NCBI GenBank assembly: GCA_965198065.1
Contig: CBDAON010000004.1
Coordinates: 736,001-800,000 of the forward strand
Direction: 5' to 3'
Source of the DNA: Longimicrobiales bacterium
GTDB taxonomy: Bacteria > Gemmatimonadota > Gemmatimonadetes > Longimicrobiales > Gaopeijiaceae
Length of the DNA: 64,000 nucleotides
Shown in pieces: positions 9,544 through 20,592 of this stretch. Position 1 is the stretch's first letter. Every line of letters begins with the position of its first letter. The notes below the pieces were generated by a model. It worked only from the letters and a program-made list of their open reading frames with translations, had not been told where the DNA came from and did no database searches. The translations under genes were made by a program, and so were the position numbers.

Positions 9544-11084
9544 TCGATCGTGGCCGGAGGCTTCGAGCTCACGTCGTAGGCGACCCGGTTCACGCCGCGG
9601 ACCTCGTTGATGATCTGGGTGGAGACGCGAGCGAGGACGTCCGGGGGGAACGGGTACCAGTCCGCTGTCATCCCATCCCTCGAGGTGACGGCGCGCAGGG
9701 CCACCACGTTCTCGTACGTGCGACCGTCCCCCATGACCCCGACAGAGCGGACCGGAAGGAGAACAGCGAACGCCTGCCAGATCTCGTCGTAGAGGCCGGC
9801 CGTCCGGATCCCGTCGAGGAAGATCTCGTCGGCCTCGCGGAGAATCTCGAGCCGCTCCTCGGAGACCTCACCCAACACCCGAACCGCGAGGCCAGGCCCC
9901 GGGAAGGGGTGTCTTCCCACGAACTCCTCGGAGAGCCCCAGCTCGCGCCCGACGTTTCGCACCTCGTCCTTGAAGAGCTCCCGGAGCGGCTCGATCAACT
10001 CGAACGGCATGTCCGTCGGGAGACCCCCCACATTGTGGTGTGTCTTGATCGTAGCTGACGGGCCCCCCGTCGATACGGACTCGATGACGTCGGGATAGAG
10101 CGTCCCCTGGACGAGAAACCGTGCGGCCGCCCCCTCCTCTTCAGCGGCCCGCTGGAAGACGCGGATGAACGTCCGCCCGATGATGCGTCGCTTCTCCTCG
10201 GGATCCGCTACGCCCCGGAGCTCGCGGAGAAACCGCTCCCGAGCGTCCATCGTCACGAGCCGGATTCCCATGTGGCGGCGGAAGGTCCGCTCGACGGATT
10301 CCCGCTCGCCTTTCCGGAGGAGACCGTTGTCCACGAAGATGCAGGTGAGGCGGTCTCCGACCGCACGGTGGACGAGCGCAGCGGCGACGGACGAGTCCAC
10401 CCCCCCTGAGAGGGCGCAAAGGACCCGCCCGCCCCTCGCCCGCTCCCGAATGCGCGCGACGGATTCCTCCACGAACGCTCCGGGCGTCCACGTCGGCTCG
10501 AGCGCCGCCGTCTGGAAGAGGAAGTTCGAGAGGATCTCCTCCCCTCTCGTCGTGTGCGCCACCTCAGGGTGGAACTGGACCCCGAAGATCTTCCGGTCGG
10601 CCTCACGGAAGGCCGCCACCGACAGGGTCGAAGTGGACGCGAGGGCCTCGTATCCCGGAGGCGGCTCGTCCACGTGATCCCCGTGGGAACACCAGACCTG
10701 CGTGGGCGTCTCCGGATCGAAGCCCTCGAAGAGCGAGTCCCGGACGAGCACGCGCAGGTCCGCGCGTCCGTACTCCCGTCGGCCGTGCTGGACGTGAGCC
10801 CCCTCCAACTGGGCGATGAGCTGCATCCCGTAGCAGATCCCGAGGATCGGGATCCCCTCCTCGAGGAGGCACCGGTCGAGGGTCGGCGCGCCTTCGCCGT
10901 ACACGGAGGCGGGCCCTCCGGAGAGGACGATCGCTCCCGGAGCCCACTCCCGGATCCACTCGAGCGACCGGGTCGGAGGATGGATCTCGCAGAAGACGCG
11001 TTCCGCCCGGATCTTGCGGGCGATCAGCTGAGTGTACTGGGACCCGTAGTCGAGGATGAGGACCCGGTTACGATCCGAGCTCAT
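9534..11084 (-). CDS. guaA: GMP synthase (glutamine-hydrolysing)
   Basis: [48 protein letters not shown]. Confidence 0.97.
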   Translation of the reverse strand: MSSDRNRVLILDYGSQYTQLIARKIRAERVFCEIHPPTRSLEWIREWAPGAIVLSGGPASVYGEGAPTLDRCLLEEGIPILGICYGMQLIAQLEGAHVQHGRREYGRADLRVLVRDSLFEGFDPETPTQVWCSHGDHVDEPPPGYEALASTSTLSVAAFREADRKIFGVQFHPEVAHTTRGEEILSNFLFQTAALEPTWTPGAFVEESVARIRERARGGRVLCALSGGVDSSVAAALVHRAVGDRLTCIFVDNGLLRKGERESVERTFRRHMGIRLVTMDARERFLRELRGVADPEEKRRIIGRTFIRVFQRAAEEEGAAARFLVQGTLYPDVIESVSTGGPSATIKTHHNVGGLPTDMPFELIEPLRELFKDEVRNVGRELGLSEEFVGRHPFPGPGLAVRVLGEVSEERLEILREADEIFLDGIRTAGLYDEIWQAFAVLLPVRSVGVMGDGRTYENVVALRAVTSRDGMTADWYPFPPDVLARVSTQIINEVRGVNRVAYDVSSKPPATIEWE

Positions 11085-12415
11085 GGAGGGACGCCTCGAT
11101 TCGGCAGAGACCCGCTCGACGACGAAGGCAGCCTCTTAGGGATCACCTCTCCTTCCGTGAGAGATTCGACCGTTTCACGCCGGCGCACTAGGAGGCCCCG
11201 CCCACCCTCGACGATGACTTCCGCGGGCCGGAGGCGTGAGTTGTAGTTGGACGACATCGCGAACCCGTACGCGCCGGCCGTCCCCACGGCCAGGAGGTCA
11301 CCCGGCTCCGGGAGTGGGAGGTCGCGGGCGAGCCCGAGGAAGTCGCCGGTCTCGCAGACCGGCCCGACCACATCCACGACGACCCGTGGAGCGCCTTCTC
11401 TCGGGCGCACCGGCACGATGCGGTGGAACCCCTGGTAGAGGGAGGGCCGGATGAGGTCCGTCATCCCACCGTCCGTGACGACGAACGTTTTTCCGGCCGA
11501 TCGCTTCACGTAGAGGACCCGTACGAGGAGAACGCCCGCCTCGCCCACGATCGCGCGGCCCGGCTCGAGCACGAGCTCGAGGCCGCGAGGCTTCAGGCGC
11601 CCTATCACCTCCCGCGCGAACGCATCCAGATCCAGGCCGGCCTCGCCGTCATAGCCGATGCCGAACCCGCCTCCGAGGTCCACGTACTCGAGGCCGATCC
11701 CCCCTGCCACGAGCCGGTCGACCAGCGCCGTCACGCTCTCCAGAGTCCGGAGATAGGGCGCGGTGTCCAGGATCTGGGAGCCGATGTGCACGTCCAGGCC
11801 TCGGGCCTCGAGGTGGGCGTCCTCGCTCATCGACCGGTAGAGGTCCTCGGCTTCGGCGGCCGGGATCCCGAACTTGCTCTCCGCGTGCCCCGTCCTCGTA
11901 TACGCGTGCGGCGTCTCGGTGTCTACGCCGGGGTTAACGCGGAGCCCCACGGACGCCACGAGCCCCTTCCGCGCCGATATCCTGCTCAGGAGGGCCAGCT
12001 CCCCAGCGCTCTCGACGTGGAAGGCGAAGATCCCCGCGTCGAGCCCGGCCTCGAGCTCCCGCTCGGTCTTCCCCGCCCCCGCGAAGACGATCAGCTCCGG
12101 GGGGAAGCCGGCGACGAGCGCGCGGTGGAGCTCGCCGAGCGACACGATGTCCGCCCCGGCTCCGAGCGCCGCGATTCGGTTCAGGAGCGCGAGGGAACTG
12201 TTCGCCTTCACCGAGTACGCCAGGAGGAATTCTACCCCCCCGAACGTCTCCTGGAAGCGGCGCACCCGGGCCTCGACCCCCTCGACGTCGTAAACGTACA
12301 GGGGAGTTCCGTGCTCCGCGGCCAGCTCCTCGAGCGGCACGCCCCGACAGGTGAGGACCCCGTCCACCCGCGGGAAGCCCGGAGGCACGCCTTCGCCCGC
12401 GCTCGCCTTCGTCAG
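11081..12415 (-). CDS. lysA: Diaminopimelate decarboxylase
   Basis: [14 protein letters not shown] (PLP lysine), [37 protein letters not shown]. Start uncertain. Confidence 0.95.
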   Translation of the reverse strand: MTKASAGEGVPPGFPRVDGVLTCRGVPLEELAAEHGTPLYVYDVEGVEARVRRFQETFGGVEFLLAYSVKANSSLALLNRIAALGAGADIVSLGELHRALVAGFPPELIVFAGAGKTERELEAGLDAGIFAFHVESAGELALLSRISARKGLVASVGLRVNPGVDTETPHAYTRTGHAESKFGIPAAEAEDLYRSMSEDAHLEARGLDVHIGSQILDTAPYLRTLESVTALVDRLVAGGIGLEYVDLGGGFGIGYDGEAGLDLDAFAREVIGRLKPRGLELVLEPGRAIVGEAGVLLVRVLYVKRSAGKTFVVTDGGMTDLIRPSLYQGFHRIVPVRPREGAPRVVVDVVGPVCETGDFLGLARDLPLPEPGDLLAVGTAGAYGFAMSSNYNSRLRPAEVIVEGGRGLLVRRRETVESLTEGEVIPKRLPSSSSGSLPNRGVPP

Positions 12416-13872
12416 TATGCCTTCGCCCAGAGGACCTCCGTGAGCGCCTCTCCGCCTCCGACACACCGTGCCGGGGGCACGTCCGACCGGAACTCGGCGT
12501 CGGGAAGGCAGCGGAGAGTCGCTTTCGTTTCGGCTTTCACCCGCTCCTCTACCTCCGCCTTCCCACTCCAGCCCGTGTAGACGAAGCCCCCCGGACCCTC
12601 CAGGATCTCCTTCAGCTCCTCGAAGGTTCCTACGCCCCGGTGCGTGTTCACCTCCCGGAGCTCTCGGGCGCGCTCGAGGAGCTCACCTTGGAAGGCCTCG
12701 AGGCGAGACGGCACTTCCTCCACGGCCTGGTCCTCGGCGAGGAAGAGCTTTCGCTCCTCGCCCTCGGAGGTAACGCGCTTCACGAGTACGACCTGGCCCT
12801 TCTTCAGGTCCCGCGGGCCGATCTCCATCCGGAGCGGCACGCCCTTTCGCTCCCACTCGTAGAACTTGGCCCCCGGGCTCAGGGAATCCCGATCGTCCAC
12901 GCGCACCCGGACGCCCGCCTGTCCCAGGCGGCGGCCGAGCTCGTGGGCCTTCTCGACCACCGCCGTCCTCTCCTCGTCCGACCTCGAGATAGGGAGAATC
13001 ACAATCTGGATCGGGGCCAGCCTCGGCGGAACGACGACCCCCTGGTCGTCCCCGTGCGTCATGACCAGGGCGCCGACGAGGCGCGTCGAGACACCCCAGG
13101 ACGTGTTCCAGGCGTGCTCCTCCTCGCCCGTCTCGGTCTGGAAGGTGAGATCGAACTGCTTCGAGAAGTTCTGCCCGAGGTCGTGTGAGGTGCCCGCCTG
13201 GAGGGCTCGTCGGTCCTGCATCATCGCCTCCAAGCTGTACGTCCGGACCGCCCCCGCGAACCTCTCGCTCTCCGACTTGACACCGGTAACGACCGGCATC
13301 GCCATCCAATCCTCCATGAACGTGCGGTATACGCCGAGCATGCGGAGCGCCTCCTCGTTCGCCTCCACCTCGGTCGCGTGCGCCGTGTGCCCCTCCTGCC
13401 AGAGGAACTCCGTAGTGCGGAGGAAGAGCCTCGTCCGTAGCTCCCACCGCATCACGTTCGCCCACTGATTCAACAGCACCGGCAGGTCCCGGTACGACTG
13501 CACCCACTTCGCGAACATCGAGTAGATGATCGTCTCGGAGGTGGGCCGTACGACGAGCGGCTCCTCCAGCTCCTTCCCTCCCGCGTGGGTGACCACCGCG
13601 AGCTCCGGCCTGAATCCGGCGACGTGCTCCTTCTCCTTCTCGATGAAGCTCATGGGGATGAGGAGCGGGAAGTAGGCGTTCTCGTGCCCCGTCTCTTTGA
13701 ACATGTCATCGAGCGCGCGCTGCATGTTCTCCCAGATCGTGTAACCCCACGGCCGGATGACCATGCTGCCGCGCACGGGGGAGTAGTCCGCAAGCTCCGC
13801 GCGGAGCACGACCTCGGTGTACCAGGCGCTGAAGTCCTGCCCCCTCGGGGGCAGGGCCTTGTCGTCCGACAT
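12412..13872 (-). CDS. proS: Proline--tRNA ligase (archaeal/eukaryotic-type)
   Basis: FSAWY, RPTSET, NQWANVMRWE, LFLRTTEFLWQEGH, QAGTSH, SWGVSTR; C-terminal KAY. Confidence 0.96.
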   Translation of the reverse strand: MSDDKALPPRGQDFSAWYTEVVLRAELADYSPVRGSMVIRPWGYTIWENMQRALDDMFKETGHENAYFPLLIPMSFIEKEKEHVAGFRPELAVVTHAGGKELEEPLVVRPTSETIIYSMFAKWVQSYRDLPVLLNQWANVMRWELRTRLFLRTTEFLWQEGHTAHATEVEANEEALRMLGVYRTFMEDWMAMPVVTGVKSESERFAGAVRTYSLEAMMQDRRALQAGTSHDLGQNFSKQFDLTFQTETGEEEHAWNTSWGVSTRLVGALVMTHGDDQGVVVPPRLAPIQIVILPISRSDEERTAVVEKAHELGRRLGQAGVRVRVDDRDSLSPGAKFYEWERKGVPLRMEIGPRDLKKGQVVLVKRVTSEGEERKLFLAEDQAVEEVPSRLEAFQGELLERARELREVNTHRGVGTFEELKEILEGPGGFVYTGWSGKAEVEERVKAETKATLRCLPDAEFRSDVPPARCVGGGEALTEVLWAKAY

Positions 13873-13909
13873 GTCGCCCCTCTCGAGCTTCCTCTCTTAC
13901 GCGTCCGAC

Positions 13910-15244
13910 CTACGCGTCCGCTCCCCCGGAGACCCCGCCCGACGTTAGGGCGGTCACGCCGCCCCAGTGCTCGAGGGGAGTCTCCCGCTCCTCTCCCGTG
14001 GCCATGTCCCGCACCTTGGCCACGCCCCTGGACACCTCCTCGGGCCCGAGGATCATCACCTCCCGGGCCCCGGCCGCCGCCGCCGCCGAGAACTGCTTCT
14101 TCAGGCTCTGGTGTCGGAGCGGATAAACGACGCTCCGACCTCGCTCCCGCATGGCCCGTCCCAGGCGGCGGGCAATCGGCACCTCCGTCTCGGATACCGT
14201 GACGACGAACACGTCCACTTCCCGACGGTGCCTGGGAACGAGCCCCCGTTCCACGAGGAGCTCGCTCAGCACGACGTCTCCCATCCCGAACCCCACCGCC
14301 GGGAGGGCCTCCCCACCCGCCCACTCGAGGAGCTGGTCGTAGCGACCCCCGCCACAGATGGCACGGAGCTCGCCCCCCTGATCGAAGATCTCGAAGACGA
14401 GGCCCGTGTAGTACGCGAGCCCCCGCACGATCGAGAGGTCGAACTCGACGAACTCCTGGAGCCCCAGGTCGGCCATCGCGTCCATGAACGCCCGGATCCG
14501 CTCGAGCCTCTTCGAGACGCCCTCGGCCTCCCCTACCGCCGCCTCCACCGCATCCACGCCCCGGCTCCGGAAGAGGTCGAGGATGGACTCCGCGCGCTCG
14601 GGCGAGAGCCCCACCTCCGGGCCGGAGAGCCGCTCGATCAGGGTCTCGGTCCTCTCCCGCTCGATCTTGTCAATGATCGCGAAGGCAGATCCGAGCTTCC
14701 CTTCCGCCACCCCCCGGGCGAGGAGAATCTCCGAGAGCAGGACCCGGTCCGAGACCCGAGCCCGGACGTCCCCGGGCCCCAAGCCGAGCTCCCGGAGGCC
14801 ATCCAAGGCCACGGCCAGGACCTCCGCGTCCGCCTCCACCCCCTCCTCCCCCACGAGGTCCACATTCCACTGGAAGTGCTCGCGGAGCCGGCCCCGCTGC
14901 TGCCGCTCGTAGCGGAACAGATGTGGGATCGAAAACCAGCGCACGGGCTTCGCCATGGACCGGCTGTGCTCGCCCAGGATCCTCGCGAGAGACGGGGTCA
15001 TCTCCGGCCTCAGCGCCACGCGCCGGTCACCCTTGTCCACGAACTCGTAGAGCTGCGCGACGATTTCCGGTCCGCTCTTCTCAGTGTAGAGCTCGAGGGG
15101 CTCCAAAGGCGGGCCGTCGTACTCCAGGAAGCCGTAGCGCCGGGAGACCCGGCGCCACGCATCGAACAGGTGATTTCGGAGGGCCAGCTGCTCCGGAAGG
15201 AAATCGCGAAACCCCGGGAGTTTCGCCTTCCTGGATTTCGACAT
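13910..15244 (-). CDS. hisS: Histidine--tRNA ligase
   Basis: PGFRDFLP, LRPEMT, FRYERQQRGRLREH, RGLAYYTG, GGGRYD. Confidence 0.96.
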   Translation of the reverse strand: MSKSRKAKLPGFRDFLPEQLALRNHLFDAWRRVSRRYGFLEYDGPPLEPLELYTEKSGPEIVAQLYEFVDKGDRRVALRPEMTPSLARILGEHSRSMAKPVRWFSIPHLFRYERQQRGRLREHFQWNVDLVGEEGVEADAEVLAVALDGLRELGLGPGDVRARVSDRVLLSEILLARGVAEGKLGSAFAIIDKIERERTETLIERLSGPEVGLSPERAESILDLFRSRGVDAVEAAVGEAEGVSKRLERIRAFMDAMADLGLQEFVEFDLSIVRGLAYYTGLVFEIFDQGGELRAICGGGRYDQLLEWAGGEALPAVGFGMGDVVLSELLVERGLVPRHRREVDVFVVTVSETEVPIARRLGRAMRERGRSVVYPLRHQSLKKQFSAAAAAGAREVMILGPEEVSRGVAKVRDMATGEERETPLEHWGGVTALTSGGVSGGADA

Positions 15245-15249
15245 GCGCG

Positions 15250-15279
15250 AATCTACCCGGGATCCGCCGCCAGGGGCAA
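15250..15279 (-). promoter_or_regulatory. Putative sigma70 promoter, leaderless hisS
   Basis: TTGCCC-18 nt-TAGATT, then only 5 nt (CGCGC) before the ATG; no SD. Confidence 0.5.
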
Positions 15280-16605
15280 GGCTTCCAGGGGGGTCTTCCC
15301 GAGCCGGGCGAGGGCGTCTCCAACCGTGTGGAGAGAGCCCATCACGACGACCGTTCCGGAGGCGCCCGCGAGTTGTCCCGCGACGTCCAGCGCGGCGTCG
15401 AAGTCCACCGCTAAGCGTCCCCTAGGGGCGGGGAGCGAAGCCAGCGCCGCCTCGGGATCCCAGCGTCGGTCCGCGGGAGCCGACGGCGGGGTGGTGAGGA
15501 CGAGCACGTCGATCGCCTCGAGAAGCTCGTCCAGCATCTCGAGCCAGGCCTTGTCCTGGAGGATCCCGACCACGCCCACCCGCGGCCCGCCCAAGTCCAG
15601 CTCCCCCAGCGTAGCGGTGAGCGCCCGCACGCCGTCCGGATTGTGCGCGACGTCCAGGACCCAGCGCCGCCCCTCCACGAGCTCCACCTGGAAGCGTCCG
15701 GGCATGCGCATCCGGAGCACCCCTTCCCGCACCGCTCCCGAGGTGACCGGGAGGCGGAGGGGCAGAGCCTCCAGCGAGCGGACCGCGAGCGCGACGTTCC
15801 TCATCTGGTGGCGGCCGCACAGGCTCGAGGCCAGCTCGAGGGAACCCCAGCGCTGGGTGCCCACGCTCAGCCGCGAGCCATCGAGGGAGATCTTCCCCTC
15901 CGGCTGCCCGATGCGCCGGAGGGGCACGCCGCGGGCCGCCGCCTCCTCCCGGAGGATCGCCATGGCGACGGGATCGTCGGCGGCCGTGAACGCGGGCACG
16001 CCGCGCTTCAGGATCCCGCCCTTCTCGCGGGCAATCTCCGCCACCGTCCCACCCAGGAGGTCGCGGTGCTCCACTCCCACGTTGGTGATCGCCGTGAGCA
16101 CAGGGGACACCACGTTCGTGGCGTCGAGGCGGCCGCCGAGCCCCACCTCGACCACGGCCACGTCCACCTCGGCCAAGGCGAGGGCGTGGAAGGCGAGCGC
16201 GGTCGCCGCCTCGAAGAAGGAGGGGTCGTCCCTCAGGAAGAGCGGGCGGAGGTCCTGGGACCACTCCTCCAGGAGCTCGTCCGGGAGCGGGCGCCCGTCC
16301 ACAAGGATCCGTTCCCGGAACGAGACGAGGTGCGGCGACGTGTAGAGGCCCGTGCGAAACCCGGCTGCGGACAGGATCCCGGCCCAGAGCCGAGCCACGG
16401 ACCCCTTTCCGTTCGTCCCACCTACATGGAGGATCGGGTAGGAGCGATGGGGGTGACCGAGCGCCGCGAGCATCCGCTCGGTCCTCTCGAGCCCCCACTT
16501 TACGACCCCGGGGAGGGGCGGAAAGAGGCGGGCGGCCAGCGGATCGTCCGACGGAAGCCCGGAGGGATACGCTCCCGAGGTACGCTCGAGGGCTTCCCGG
16601 GTCAC
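15253..16605 (-). CDS. folC: Folylpolyglutamate synthase/dihydrofolate synthase
   Basis: HVGGTNGKGS, YTSPHL, EVGLGGRLDATN, IAREKGGI, LDVAHNPDG. Confidence 0.95.
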   Translation of the reverse strand: MTREALERTSGAYPSGLPSDDPLAARLFPPLPGVVKWGLERTERMLAALGHPHRSYPILHVGGTNGKGSVARLWAGILSAAGFRTGLYTSPHLVSFRERILVDGRPLPDELLEEWSQDLRPLFLRDDPSFFEAATALAFHALALAEVDVAVVEVGLGGRLDATNVVSPVLTAITNVGVEHRDLLGGTVAEIAREKGGILKRGVPAFTAADDPVAMAILREEAAARGVPLRRIGQPEGKISLDGSRLSVGTQRWGSLELASSLCGRHQMRNVALAVRSLEALPLRLPVTSGAVREGVLRMRMPGRFQVELVEGRRWVLDVAHNPDGVRALTATLGELDLGGPRVGVVGILQDKAWLEMLDELLEAIDVLVLTTPPSAPADRRWDPEAALASLPAPRGRLAVDFDAALDVAGQLAGASGTVVVMGSLHTVGDALARLGKTPLEALPLAADPG

Positions 16606-17459
16606 CCACCCCCCGGAGCCGCCGCGAACATGAGGCGCAGAAGACGTATCGTCGTCTCGCGCAGCTCGCGACGGTCCACGACCAGGTCCACCATCCCGTG
16701 CTCGAGGAGGAACTCCGAGCGCTGGAACCCCTCGGGAAGCTCCTGCTTGATCGTCTCCTCGATCACGCGCGGCCCGGCGAACCCGACGAGAGCGCCCGGC
16801 TCCGCCAGGTTCACGTCCCCAAGCATCGAGAACGACGCGGTCACGCCCCCCGTGGTGGGATCCGCGAGCACGCTGACGTACGGGATCCCCGCCTCGTGGA
16901 GCCGCGCCAGGACGGCGGCCGTCTTGGCCATCTGCATGAGGGAGTAAATCCCCTCCATCATTCGGGCTCCGCCCGAGGCGGAGACGAGAATCAGGGGCCG
17001 TTCCTCAGCGAGTGAGCGGAGGCCGAGGCGCGCGATCTTCTCGCCGACGACCGATCCCATCGAGCCGCCGATGAACTCGAAGTCCATCACCCCCACAGCG
17101 ATCGGCATCCTGTCGAGTGTGGCCACGCCAGTCACGACCGCGTCCCAGCGACCCGTCTTCTTCTGCGCCGCGCTCAGCCGAGCTCCGTATGGCTTCAGAT
17201 CCACAAAGCCGAGGGGGTCCGCGCTCTGCACCTGGCGATCGACCTCCTGGAAGGTGCCAGGATCCGAGAAGATCTCGAGGTAGGTCTCGGCCGAGACCCG
17301 AAGGTGGTACCCGCACTTCGGACACACCCTCAGGTTCTGGACGAGCTTCTCCCGGTAAAGGATCTCGCCACAGCCCCCGCACTTCTCGAACACGTCGGAA
17401 GGGAGATCCCGACGATCGTCCGCCCGCAGGGGGGTTTTCTCCTTCCGGAACCAGGCCAT
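16602..17459 (-). CDS. accD: Acetyl-CoA carboxylase carboxyltransferase beta subunit
   Basis: CxxC...CxxC zinc finger, GGSMGSVVGEK, SGGARMMEG, PTTGGVTASF, GFAGPRVIE. Confidence 0.97.
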   Translation of the reverse strand: MAWFRKEKTPLRADDRRDLPSDVFEKCGGCGEILYREKLVQNLRVCPKCGYHLRVSAETYLEIFSDPGTFQEVDRQVQSADPLGFVDLKPYGARLSAAQKKTGRWDAVVTGVATLDRMPIAVGVMDFEFIGGSMGSVVGEKIARLGLRSLAEERPLILVSASGGARMMEGIYSLMQMAKTAAVLARLHEAGIPYVSVLADPTTGGVTASFSMLGDVNLAEPGALVGFAGPRVIEETIKQELPEGFQRSEFLLEHGMVDLVVDRRELRETTIRLLRLMFAAAPGGG

Positions 17460-17481
17460 CGTCCCGCTCCCGGCCGGCCGC

Positions 17482-18729
17482 CTATTCCTCTCCTGCCAGA
17501 CGGGCAGCCAGCGCCGTCATGGTCCAGCACGTGAGGAGGAAGGTGCCGCCGTAGCTCAGGAAGGGAAGAGGGATTCCCGTGATCGGCACGATGCCGATCG
17601 TCATCCCGAGGTTCACGAAAATGTGGACCAGCCAGGTTCCGAAGATACCGACGAGAACCAGGCCGGCAAAGGGATCGGGGCTCCGCTCGGCGAGCCTGAG
17701 CACGCGCCCGAGGAAGAGCGAGAAGAGGCCGATCGCGGCCAGGACCCCGAGGAAGCCGAGCTCCTCTCCAACCACGCTGAAGATGAAGTCCGTGTGCTGC
17801 TCGGGCAGGAAGTCGAGCCGCTTCTGGGTGCCCTCCGTGAACCCCTTTCCGAAGAGCCCCCCGCTCCCGATCGCCACCTTGGACTGGATGAGGTTCCATC
17901 CGGCGCCCCGCGGATCGAGCGAGGGGTCGAGGAAGACGAGCAGGCGATTTCTTTGGTACTGGGCGAGCGAGTTCCAGAGCGGGAGCGCTACGGTCCCCGC
18001 GGCCAGGTTCGCCAGCACGACCGAGAAGGACTCGGCCAAATACAGTCGATACCGGAACGCGTAGAGGACCGCGACCAGACCCACGAAGTATGCGGACCAG
18101 ACCCGCGCGTCGAAGGAGAGGATCAGGGCCAGGCCCGGGCTCGCGAGAAGGAGCATGTAGAGCCAGGGGGTTCCGGCCCAGAAGAGCGCCGCGAAGAGAA
18201 TCCCCACGAACGCGAGGGCGGTGCCGAGGTCTCCCTGGAGGACCACGAGCCCGAGCGGCGCGCCGATGAGCGCGCACGGACCGAGCAGGTCCCTCAGGTT
18301 CCGGGGGGGCTCCTCCCTAGCCGAGAGGAGGCGGGCGAGCCCTAAGACCGCGGCGATCTTCGCAAACTCGGACGGCTGGAATTGGAGAGCACCCAGTTCG
18401 ATCCAGGGTCCGGCCCCCTCGGCCGCGGTCGCGCCGGTACCGACCGCGAACGTCGCCGCGAGGAGGACGAGCGAGAAGAGGTACGCGGGGATCGCAAGCC
18501 ACTCAAACCACGCCGGACGCACCCGCGTCACTACCGTGAACACGGCAAGAGAGATGCCGAGCCAGGCGAGCTGCCGGAGCCACGCGTTCTCAGTGACCTC
18601 GCTCGGCACATTCAGCACCCCGGCCGAGAAGATCATCGCGAGCCCGAAGGCCGTGAGCGCAAGCGCGAGGGTAACGAGCGCGGGGTCCCGCGCCCACCTC
18701 CGGTACCAGTGCATGGGGTCCGTGCGCAC
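17482..18729 (-). CDS. rodA: Rod shape-determining protein RodA (SEDS)
   Basis: FQPSEFAK, QGDLGT, QSKVAIGSGG, LPEQHTDFIF, GIPLPFLSYGG; follows mrdA. Confidence 0.95.
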   Translation of the reverse strand: MRTDPMHWYRRWARDPALVTLALALTAFGLAMIFSAGVLNVPSEVTENAWLRQLAWLGISLAVFTVVTRVRPAWFEWLAIPAYLFSLVLLAATFAVGTGATAAEGAGPWIELGALQFQPSEFAKIAAVLGLARLLSAREEPPRNLRDLLGPCALIGAPLGLVVLQGDLGTALAFVGILFAALFWAGTPWLYMLLLASPGLALILSFDARVWSAYFVGLVAVLYAFRYRLYLAESFSVVLANLAAGTVALPLWNSLAQYQRNRLLVFLDPSLDPRGAGWNLIQSKVAIGSGGLFGKGFTEGTQKRLDFLPEQHTDFIFSVVGEELGFLGVLAAIGLFSLFLGRVLRLAERSPDPFAGLVLVGIFGTWLVHIFVNLGMTIGIVPITGIPLPFLSYGGTFLLTCWTMTALAARLAGEE

Positions 18730-18741
18730 GGTGACCGCGGG

Positions 18742-20592
18742 CTAGGGCACTCGAACCCGGCCCTCCCATCGGACGCCCCCGAGGAGGTGCTCTCGGTAAG
18801 TCTGGATCGTGTCCACGGGCACCCCGTACTTGCGCCGCAGATAGAAGTCAGCGGCCTTTGCGCCAATGGGGGCCGCGGCGGCGGATCCCGAGGCCCCCTC
18901 CTCCACGAGGACCACCATCGCCACCTCGGGGGGCCGGTCCCAGGGCCCGGCGAGCCCGATGAACCAGGCGTGGGGCGCTGCCTGCTGGGGTCCCCGCTGC
19001 GCCGTGCCCGTCTTCCCGATCAGGTCCCAGTGCTCCAACGTGGACATGTACGCGGTCCCGCCCGGCTGGGTCACCTGCCGGAGCCCCTCCATGAGCGCGG
19101 CGAGGTTCTCCTCGCTCAGATCCAGGCTCCACTCGGCTTCGACTTCCTCCCCTTCACCGAGTCGCCTGAGGCGGGGGGCCGGGGCGGTCCCGTCCCGAGC
19201 AAGGGCCATGTAGAACTGCGCCATCTTGAGCGGCGTCTGATCGTTTGGCCCCTGCCCGATCGCCATCGCCATCACCTCGTTCTCGTACGGCAGGTAGCCG
19301 AACTGCTCCTGCCAGAACGCGAAGCTCTCGGGGAAGACGCCCCGCGACTCGAAGGGCAGGTCCACGCCGCAGCGCTCGCCGAAGCCGAGCCCGCTCGCCT
19401 CCTGGACCAGACGCTCAAGCCCGACCCGGAGGCCCAATTGGTAGAAGTAGACGTTGCACGAGTTGGCGATCGCACCGGCCAGGTCGAGGTAGCCGTGCCC
19501 GGTGGGGTTCCAGCACCGCCGCACGACGTTCTGGAACTGATAAGCGCCGGTACATGGCACCGACATGAACTCGTGCGGATCCACGACGCCGAGCTCGAGT
19601 GCGATCGCTCCGGACGCCAGCTTGAACGTGGACGCGGGGGGGTACCTGCCTAGGACCGCACGGTTGAACAGGGGGCGTCTCGGATCCCGGTTCAGCTCCT
19701 CCCAGAGCGCGCGATCGATGCCGCCCACGAACGCGTTTGGGTCGAAGGAGCGGGCCGAATAGAGCGCGAGGACCCCCCCGTCGTCCACGTTTAGGAGCAC
19801 GACGGCCCCGTTCATCGAGTCCGGGAAGATCCTGTGGATGAACTCCATTAGCTCGAGATCCACGTTCAGATGGATGTCCTCGCCCGGGACGGCCGGCTGC
19901 GCGGCCTGCGCGTCGAAGGACCCCACGAGCCGCCCCACCGCGTCCACCTCCACGTATCGGACCCCATGGACGCCCTGGAGCTCGGCCTCGTACTGGCGCT
20001 CGAGCCCGTCCTTTCCGACGACCATGCCGGCCTCGTAGCGCTCGAATCGGGGCATCTCGAGCTCGGCCTCCGACACCTCGCCCACGTAGCCCATCACGTG
20101 ACCCACGACCGCGCCTCCGACGTACCGCCGCTTGGGGCGCATCTCGACCGCGACTCCGTGGAAGTCCGCCCTCACTTCCTCCAGGGCGGCAACCGCGTCG
20201 TACTGAGCGTTGCGGAGCACCACGAGGGGCTGCCGACGGTCCTCGCGCGCCCGTTCCATGAGCGACTCGACGGTGGCCTCATCGAGCCCGAGGATCGGCC
20301 CCAGCCGGTCGAGGCTGCTCCGCATGGAATCGAGCGTCGCCGGAAACAGGGACACGGTGAACGACGGGATATTCTCTGCGATTACGCGCCCGTAACGATC
20401 GAAGATGGTGCCACGGGGAGCGGGCACCTGGACGACGCGGAGCCGGTTCGACTCGGACTGGAGCGCCCATGCCGAGCCGCGAACCACTTGGATGCGGAAG
20501 AACGCCACGCCCAGGACCGCCATCGCGGCCAGGAGGCCCACCAGGGCCGCGCGCGCCCGGCGCCGCCGGACCTCGGGGTGGACGGCCTTCAT
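18742..20592 (-). CDS. mrdA: Penicillin-binding protein 2
   Basis: N-terminal TM, APRGTIFDRYG, YPPASTFK (SxxK), SCN, KTGT; mre operon context. Confidence 0.95.
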   Translation of the reverse strand: MKAVHPEVRRRRARAALVGLLAAMAVLGVAFFRIQVVRGSAWALQSESNRLRVVQVPAPRGTIFDRYGRVIAENIPSFTVSLFPATLDSMRSSLDRLGPILGLDEATVESLMERAREDRRQPLVVLRNAQYDAVAALEEVRADFHGVAVEMRPKRRYVGGAVVGHVMGYVGEVSEAELEMPRFERYEAGMVVGKDGLERQYEAELQGVHGVRYVEVDAVGRLVGSFDAQAAQPAVPGEDIHLNVDLELMEFIHRIFPDSMNGAVVLLNVDDGGVLALYSARSFDPNAFVGGIDRALWEELNRDPRRPLFNRAVLGRYPPASTFKLASGAIALELGVVDPHEFMSVPCTGAYQFQNVVRRCWNPTGHGYLDLAGAIANSCNVYFYQLGLRVGLERLVQEASGLGFGERCGVDLPFESRGVFPESFAFWQEQFGYLPYENEVMAMAIGQGPNDQTPLKMAQFYMALARDGTAPAPRLRRLGEGEEVEAEWSLDLSEENLAALMEGLRQVTQPGGTAYMSTLEHWDLIGKTGTAQRGPQQAAPHAWFIGLAGPWDRPPEVAMVVLVEEGASGSAAAAPIGAKAADFYLRRKYGVPVDTIQTYREHLLGGVRWEGRVRVP

